Assembly: GCA_964509365.1 (NCBI GenBank)
Contig: CAZDWN010000001.1
Location: 150,966-214,965, forward strand
Direction: 5' to 3'
Length of the DNA: 64,000 nucleotides
DNA from: an uncultured Pseudomonadales bacterium
GTDB taxonomy: Bacteria > Patescibacteriota > Microgenomatia > UBA1400 > UBA12028
Under the pieces are notes generated by a model. The model was not told the origin of the DNA. It saw nothing but the letters and a program-made list of their open reading frames with translations, and did not search any database. Position numbers and translations under genes: made by a program. Positions 55,669 through 64,000 of this stretch are shown in pieces; position 1 is the first letter of the stretch; each line of letters begins with the position of its first letter.

Positions 55669-58023
55669 TTACGCAACAATATTGACGAGTTTGCCTGGGA
55701 CCACAATCACTTTTTTTGGCACTTCAGTGACAAGTTGGAGAGCTCTCTCTTGTAGTTGTTCTCGAGTATGATCTTTGGAGATCGTAAATCGAGATCGTAC
55801 CTTGCCGTTAACTTGGACCACGATCTCTACGTCATCCTCACGTAACAAGGACAAGTCTACTTTCGGCCAAATCGAGAGATGTACGCTTCCTGTTTGACTG
55901 ATGAGTGACCATAGCTCCTCGGCAAGAAATGGCGCGAATGGAGCCAGTACTTGAGCAACACTCTGTAGCTCTTCCTGTGTCATCAGTTCGTGTGATTCGA
56001 TACTAGCGCTCCAGACATTCGCAAGTTCCATGAGTGCTGCGATCGCAGTGTTGAATTTAAGTTCCGGAATATCTCGAGTAACTTTATCAATAGACCAGTG
56101 AAGCTTGCGACTCAACTTGCTGTGCTCAGCTACGCCACTCTCAGAGAGCTTCTCAAGATTACGCTGGAACAGCATATGCACTCGATGAAGGAAACGATAA
56201 ATTCCCACTAGCGAATTGGTATCCCAGGCTTTGTCGGCATCAAGCGGACCCATAAACATCTCATAGATGCGAAGCGTATCTGCTCCGAATTTCTCGATAA
56301 TCTCGTCTGGATTAATGACATTTCCTTTACTCTTGCTCATTTTTTTCCCATCCGGACCTAAAATCATCCCCTGATGCCTCATTTTCGCAAACGGCTCATC
56401 AAAAGAAAGATACCCCTGGTCACGAAGGAATTTTGTGAAGAATCGTGCATATAATAAATGAAGGACAATGTGTTCCGGCCCGATCAAGTAGAGATCGACT
56501 GGTAGTAAAGAGTTGGTGAGTTGCTTGTCAAAAATTGCCTCGGTTACATTTCTTGATGCATATCGCAAGAAATACCAAGAAGAGTCAACAAACGTATCCA
56601 TCGTGTCGACTTCTCTCTTCGCTTTGCCTCCGCACTGTGCGCACGTGGTATACAGCCAATCAGTATCGGCTTTCTCCAGCGGTGAGTGTCCATCGTCGGT
56701 TGGAGTGAAGTCACTCAATTCAGGCAAATGCACTGGAAGTTGGTCTTCAGGTACTGGTTGCCAGCCACAGGTATTACACCATGTCATCGGAATCGGCGCT
56801 CCCCAGTAGCGTTGTCTTGAGATTAACCAATCGCGCAACTTATATGAAGTTTTTTTCGCAAATGCACTTGAATGATCTTGAAGTAACTGCAATGTCTCCT
56901 CCGCAGAACGCAGTTTGATTTCTCGGATAGGCAAATTGAACTTTTTTGCAAACGAGCCATCTCGATCATCAAGTGATGGAACACCCATGACGACACCGGT
57001 TCCATAGCCTGCAAGCACATAGTCTGCGATCCACAATGGAACTTCTTCGTTTGTGATCGGATGGAGCAGTTTGATATGTGTATCAACTCCGGTCTTATTC
57101 TTCTCACCGACTCGACGTTGTTCTTCGGTCTTGTGGAATGATTCGTCAAGATAGTGTAAGACCTCGTCACGATACTTCTCTTCTACCTGATCAATAAGTG
57201 CGTATTCTTTAAACTTCTCTGGGGCCATAACCACAAACGTCACTCCATCGATGGTATCCAGTCGAGTCGTAAAACATTCTAATTCGGATTTGAACGTTGA
57301 ATTTTGCACTTTGAACTTTACTACTGCCCCTTCACTCTTTCCGATCCAGTTCATCTGCTGCTCTTTCGTCGCTTTTGGCCAGTCGACTTGGTCGAGTCCT
57401 GAGAGTAGCTCGTCTTGGTATGCACTAATACGGAACTTCCACTGTTCCAATTCCTTCTGGACGACTTTGGCGCCACATCGCTCACACTCTCCGTTTACCA
57501 CTTGTTCATTCGCGAGAACAGTCTTGTCTTGTGGGCACCAGTTCACCCATCCTCGGTCACGGTATGCAAGTCCAGCTCTAAAAAGCTGAATGAAAATCCA
57601 TTGCGTCCATTTGTAATACGCAGGATGACACGTCGCCAGCTCTGCTGACCAATCGTATGAGATTCCTAAACGCTTGATTTGACGTCGAAATGTATCAATG
57701 GCATTCTTCGTCGTGACACTCGGATGAATACCAGTTTTGATCGCATAATTCTCTGCAGGTAAACCGAATGCATCCCATCCAACTGGGAAAAACACATTTT
57801 TTCCAGTCATTCGCAAATGTCGGACCAAGATATCCAGAGCCGTCTTCGATTCGACGTGACCGACATGAAGCCCACTTCCCGATGGGTAGGCAAACGCGAA
57901 CAAGGCATAAAACTTCTCTTTGTCTGAACTCGAAAATGATTTTGCTGTGTCCTGAAAAAGGCGCTGTGTTTCCCACGAGTTGAGCCATTTCTCTTCAGAG
58001 GTTTTTGGATCGTATTGAGTCAT
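55669..58023 (-). CDS. leuS: Leucyl-tRNA synthetase.
   Basis: Class I HIGH-type motif (HVGHVESKTALD), KMSKS (KMSKSKGN), CP1 editing domain and a Zn-binding Cys cluster. The length fits LeuS. Confidence 0.9.
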   Translation of the reverse strand: MTQYDPKTSEEKWLNSWETQRLFQDTAKSFSSSDKEKFYALFAFAYPSGSGLHVGHVESKTALDILVRHLRMTGKNVFFPVGWDAFGLPAENYAIKTGIHPSVTTKNAIDTFRRQIKRLGISYDWSAELATCHPAYYKWTQWIFIQLFRAGLAYRDRGWVNWCPQDKTVLANEQVVNGECERCGAKVVQKELEQWKFRISAYQDELLSGLDQVDWPKATKEQQMNWIGKSEGAVVKFKVQNSTFKSELECFTTRLDTIDGVTFVVMAPEKFKEYALIDQVEEKYRDEVLHYLDESFHKTEEQRRVGEKNKTGVDTHIKLLHPITNEEVPLWIADYVLAGYGTGVVMGVPSLDDRDGSFAKKFNLPIREIKLRSAEETLQLLQDHSSAFAKKTSYKLRDWLISRQRYWGAPIPMTWCNTCGWQPVPEDQLPVHLPELSDFTPTDDGHSPLEKADTDWLYTTCAQCGGKAKREVDTMDTFVDSSWYFLRYASRNVTEAIFDKQLTNSLLPVDLYLIGPEHIVLHLLYARFFTKFLRDQGYLSFDEPFAKMRHQGMILGPDGKKMSKSKGNVINPDEIIEKFGADTLRIYEMFMGPLDADKAWDTNSLVGIYRFLHRVHMLFQRNLEKLSESGVAEHSKLSRKLHWSIDKVTRDIPELKFNTAIAALMELANVWSASIESHELMTQEELQSVAQVLAPFAPFLAEELWSLISQTGSVHLSIWPKVDLSLLREDDVEIVVQVNGKVRSRFTISKDHTREQLQERALQLVTEVPKKVIVVPGKLVNIVA

Positions 58024-58373
58024 GACACTATTCTAGCATGTGATGCGGCTGATCATGCACGTTCACGGTGTTCTCAAGCAAGCCGCACTATCCTCGATGT
58101 CTTGCTAGCGCAAAAAACCTGCACTAATGATGATAGATGGACCCATTTGACCTTTCCATTCCCCTTTCTTACGTTCAGTTTTTTCCAAATCTGTTTTCGG
58201 GTGCTGGCCGCTTTTTTTGAGATTATATATCCGATAATAGCATTGCAAATTGACGATTTCACATCTCCTCGAACGCGGCGTACAACGCATGAAATGCGGA
58301 CTAATAACATGCGGTAATCCATTTTCGAGCGATAATGCGTGCGCCAATCTAGCAAGACGCTTTCTTTTCACGC

Positions 58374-59048
58374 TTACCAAAAGTGAGCGAGCAGCGTGTG
58401 TAGACGCATTGGGCGCGGATAATATACCTCTGGTACGTCGGTAATTGATTGAGCTGCGGAGATTAGCCCCAGAACGAAACGCTGTTTCGCCTCTCGACGT
58501 ACCTTCGAGCTCGGAGAAGTGCTTCGTGCTTGCAAAGAAAGTTTCTGAGAAAATCTCACCAATGTAGCTCTCACTTCGAACGCAGTTTTTCCCTGATTGG
58601 TTGACCACCACCATTCGACAATGCTTTTCTCACTCGCAGTGATTGGAATTCCAAGACCGGTACGAGATCGTTGGCGATGGTTGCCGTCAAAGAGGAAGTA
58701 CGTATGCGTATCCAACTGAATGTACCGTCCACTACTCTCAATTTCCGAATTTTTTGCCACGAAGAGCAGCCGCCCTTCTACTTGATCCTCCGATTGATGA
58801 AGACCCGGAAATTCGTCTCTGGCAAGTGATTCCCCACGTGACGACAACACAAAACCTTCCCTGTCTTCATCGTAGATGCGCCTCAGTATCCCTGCAGACA
58901 AAAACTCTTGGACGATTCCTCTGACAGTGCTCGATGCCAGCGTGAGATGACTATACAGTTGCGAATAGGTCACCATATTATCGCTAGCAGATTTCAAGTC
59001 AGCGTGATGCAAAAAAAACAGCAACAGTTGTAATTTCGATTTTTTCAT
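58374..59048 (-). CDS. Hypothetical winged-helix transcriptional regulator-like protein.
   Basis: The N-terminal ~80 aa resemble a wHTH (YSQLYSHL...STVRGIVQEFLSAGILRR). The C-terminal domain is unknown. Confidence 0.35.
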   Translation of the reverse strand: MKKSKLQLLLFFLHHADLKSASDNMVTYSQLYSHLTLASSTVRGIVQEFLSAGILRRIYDEDREGFVLSSRGESLARDEFPGLHQSEDQVEGRLLFVAKNSEIESSGRYIQLDTHTYFLFDGNHRQRSRTGLGIPITASEKSIVEWWWSTNQGKTAFEVRATLVRFSQKLSLQARSTSPSSKVRREAKQRFVLGLISAAQSITDVPEVYYPRPMRLHTLLAHFW

Positions 59049-59300
59049 ACACCATCATTCCTCTCCACTTCACTGTGAATGTATTGCTTTTGTAACTCGA
59101 GAATAAAATTCTAATGTTGTGTTTATCACTATGAATAACTACACAACACAACAATCCACATTGCAAGGACTACTTTTTCGCACACCACAAAATGAGGCAT
59201 TGAGATGTAGTTGGACACCTTATGATCTACCGTGAAATGAATCGGAGTGAGCAGTCGATTGAGCGTAACGGTCTAACAACTATGCGCTACCCACGAATGA

Positions 59301-59564
59301 CTATTTATGCACTCCGACATAAATTTCAACTCGATTTTCAACGACGCGAAGGATGCCGTTGTTTACCTTGATCGTTTCTTTGCTTCCATCAGTTCGTGTG
59401 AGGATGATGTGCTGTTCAATGAGCGAAATGAAGTTACTGTGAAGCGGTAGGATGTCAAATACACCCTTTTCATTGACTCCACTGACTGTATAGACGTCAC
59501 TATTCAAAATGACCTTATCACGGTCACGTATATATACATGTAACGTTGTATTTTGATTGGACAT
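59301..59564 (-). CDS. atpC: F1 ATP synthase epsilon subunit.
   Basis: A ~85-aa beta-sandwich protein in last position of the atp operon; LHVYIRDRDKVILNSDVYTVSGVNEKGVFDILPLH is epsilon-like. Confidence 0.7.
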   Translation of the reverse strand: MSNQNTTLHVYIRDRDKVILNSDVYTVSGVNEKGVFDILPLHSNFISLIEQHIILTRTDGSKETIKVNNGILRVVENRVEIYVGVHK

Positions 59565-59580
59565 TGGGTGTTTCCCTAGA

Positions 59581-61824
<2,244 letters not shown>

Positions 61825-61835
<11 letters not shown>

Positions 61836-63336
61836 TGCGCTTCTCCCCGTTTTTTCCTGTCTCGAGGAATCGAACCCCAAGTACATCGGCGTTTGCTTTG
61901 GCACTCGTCATCAGGTCACTGAGCGTTTGAGCAGCCCCAATCAAGGCATCAACATTGACTTTAAACTGCGCTTCATCTGTATACCGTCGCAAGATTGTAG
62001 CAACCGTACTCTTGAGCGCATTCATATCACCATCACTCCATAGTCTTGACCACAAGAGAGCGATCACAAATAAGTTGACATTCATGGGGACGATTTGGTC
62101 TGGCAATTGTTGAAAAAAGGTGATGATTTGATCTCCCACTCGTAAAGAGTCACGCACTTCTTGACTGACTTCAGCGCCAAAATGGCTGTACTGTCGAATT
62201 CGCTCATAGTGGACCAAAAAACTTGATACTTGCCTGCTGATATCGCGACTCAATCCAGATTGAGCTTGTAATCCCACACGAGTCACGGAAAGAAACGGAT
62301 TGACTGCGGGCCGTCTACCTTGGTCAAAAAGTTGCGTATCAAAAAAGATATGCCCATCGGTCATCGACATGACATTGGTGGTGATATACGCTGCCAGATC
62401 GCCGATCACCGATTGGACCACCGGCAAACAACTAATAGAAACCGCTTTGTTCCCAACCAAGAAATTACCGCCTCGCTCGAGTAATCTGGCGTGCGTATAG
62501 AAGATGTCTCCAGGATATGCACTTCGGCCAGGAAATCGACGCAGAAGCAAATTAATTTCTCGATAAATATTTGCATGACTCGTCAAATCATCGAAGATTA
62601 CCAGCGTATCTTTCCCCTGATCACGGAAATACTCTGCGATGGTCATGGCACTGTACGGGGCCAAGAATTGCAGTCCCGAAGCTGTCGTCGAAGGAGCTGC
62701 GACGGTGATCACTTTATCTTGAATTCCTTGCCTGGCAAAGTGCTCTTGCAAATGATAGATATCACTTTGACGTTTTCCGATCGAAGCGTAAATACACAGC
62801 ACTCCTTTCTTTGCTTGACTGGTGACAGTCTGAAGTAGAAAGGATGTTTTCCCACTCTTTCGATCTCCGATGATTAACTCTCTTTGACCTCGAGCAAGTG
62901 GAATGACCAGATCCACAAGACTCACGCCCGTCTCCAGAGGCATCGTGATCGGAGATCTTGACATGATGCCACCAGGCCTGGTGTCCACGGACCGATACTC
63001 GGTTGCTTGAATTGGCTCAATGGAATTGAGTTGATCACCAAGCGGTGAGATCATTTTCCCAAGCAAGTTTTCAGTCACTGGGATTTTGACTCGTGCATTC
63101 GTTCGTGCGACACGCATCCCCATCGCGACTTGCGTATTCTCAAACAAAATGAGATCCACTCCTTCTCGAGAAAGTCCAATGACTTGTCCGAGTGAGTTGT
63201 TTTCTAAGACCACGAGCTCAAATAAACGAACAGTTGGCAACCCTTCAACTCCAATGATCCCTGGTTGCAGCCGAATGACGTACCCCACTTCACCATTTTT
63301 TGCGATAGATTCTTCAAAGGAGTGCATACCATTCAT
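61825..63336 (-). CDS. atpA: F1 ATP synthase alpha subunit.
   Basis: P-loop GDRKSGKT and the alpha-subunit N-terminal barrel. Confidence 0.9.
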
Positions 63337-63352
63337 CGTAGCAAATACGAGA

Positions 63353-63814
63353 TCATGAAGAAAGGATAGGTAGCAGTCCGCTCACAATTCCGCGCAGATC
63401 CACTTCACTGAGTTTTACTCGCAAGGATCGATCAAGTATCTTTCCCTCGACCGAGTAGATCAAACCGGCAGCAAGTGACTGGTTGACCTGAATGTCGAGA
63501 AGACAACGCGGTCCGAGCGTCGCTCGAAAAGTTGCAATCATTTTCTCGATAAAAATTCGCTCAGGATCAAATGGGAGTGACACGCGAATCACTCGAAACG
63601 ACTGTATTTCTTGACGCATCGCTTCGACTTGGTGACTATCTGAGATATCTTTAAGAACCGTTTGCCAAAATGGCAGCGACGTCGATCGGATTCCGAGCAC
63701 GTTCAGATCCTTGCTTCCAGAAGTGCGATAAAAGGACTGCACTATATTATCGAGCTCAGAGAGGAGATAGGCTCGATCTGAAATGGTAATCAGTTGGTCA
63801 GCGATTTCGTTCAT
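63353..63814 (-). CDS. atpH: F1 ATP synthase delta subunit (OSCP).
   Basis: A ~150-aa helical protein between atpF and atpA. Its start overlaps the atpF stop (TAATG). Confidence 0.65.
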   Translation of the reverse strand: MNEIADQLITISDRAYLLSELDNIVQSFYRTSGSKDLNVLGIRSTSLPFWQTVLKDISDSHQVEAMRQEIQSFRVIRVSLPFDPERIFIEKMIATFRATLGPRCLLDIQVNQSLAAGLIYSVEGKILDRSLRVKLSEVDLRGIVSGLLPILSS

Positions 63815-64000
63815 TACTGCCCTCCCAAACCAGATGACTTCAATGACTTCTCAAGTTCTGCAAGTACAATTCCTTCACTATCTTGTCTCGAAAGCAACTT
63901 GCCTGTGGATGCCTGCACGACTGCTTCAACAATTTGATAAATATGTTCAGTGAGCTCCTTCTTGGCTTCCTTTTGCATTTCATGAATTTGAGATGAGACA
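63814..64000 (-). CDS. atpF: Fo ATP synthase b subunit, 3' part only (truncated at the window edge).
   Basis: The minus-strand frame ending ...LEKSLKSSGLGGQ* is helical and coiled-coil-like, and sits at the operon position of the b subunit. Confidence 0.45.
   Translation of the reverse strand, partial: VSSQIHEMQKEAKKELTEHIYQIVEAVVQASTGKLLSRQDSEGIVLAELEKSLKSSGLGGQ

Noticed and set aside
58024-58373. T-box leader upstream of leuS
   Set aside because: I searched the minus-strand leader for the conserved T-box sequence (AATTAGGGTGGNACCGCG, i.e. CCACCC on the plus strand) and found nothing resembling it.
58105-58614. 169-aa ORF overlapping the 5' region of leuS and the regulator-like gene
   Set aside because: It overlaps 58374..59048 in a different frame, and most of it lies in the AT-rich leuS upstream region. 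It is judged non-coding.

Overview
The window is a gene-dense bacterial chromosome segment with about 75 protein genes and a small tRNA island. Its gene content and peculiarities loosely suggest a reduced-genome (CPR/Patescibacteria-like) organism, but that is a guess with low confidence. I found no rRNA genes and no CRISPR array.

Recognisable core blocks are:
- a minus-strand cell-shape operon: mreB-like, mreC, mreD-like, and a PBP2 transpeptidase;
- def, then a small unknown ORF, then fmt, with rpmB convergent;
- a copper-homeostasis cluster: an ArsR regulator with a YHS domain, copA, a TauE-like permease fused to a cupredoxin-like domain, and copZ;
- ldh and a Crp/Fnr regulator;
- a VKOR-domain::dihydroorotate dehydrogenase fusion gene;
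- a tRNA island (Trp; Thr-GGU, Thr-UGU, Tyr) flanked by GIY-YIG and HNH endonuclease genes and rpmG;
- secE-nusG-rplK-rplA-rplJ-rplL, with promoters, an attenuator/terminator and a duplicated 16-bp palindrome in the leaders, but no rpoB/rpoC after rplL;
- a probable small integrated element: tRNA-Arg, two unknown cargo ORFs, a large serine recombinase and tRNA-Pro;
- ndk, comEC/comEA, leuS;
- the 3' part of a minus-strand F1Fo ATP synthase operon (atpF partial, atpH, atpA, atpG, atpD, atpC).

The most unusual features are non-genic or architectural:
- Pervasive short heptanucleotide tandem repeats (3-5 units), inside CDS and immediately upstream of ribosomal-protein genes.
- Several families of conserved intergenic repeats and hairpins. 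One 25-nt hairpin shows compensatory base changes between copies.
- A ~1.75-kb stretch with essentially no coding capacity (52.2-53.96 kb).
- A second, divergent MreB-like gene paired with a PEGA-domain membrane protein.

All functional calls are based on motif and family recognition by eye. No database searches were run.
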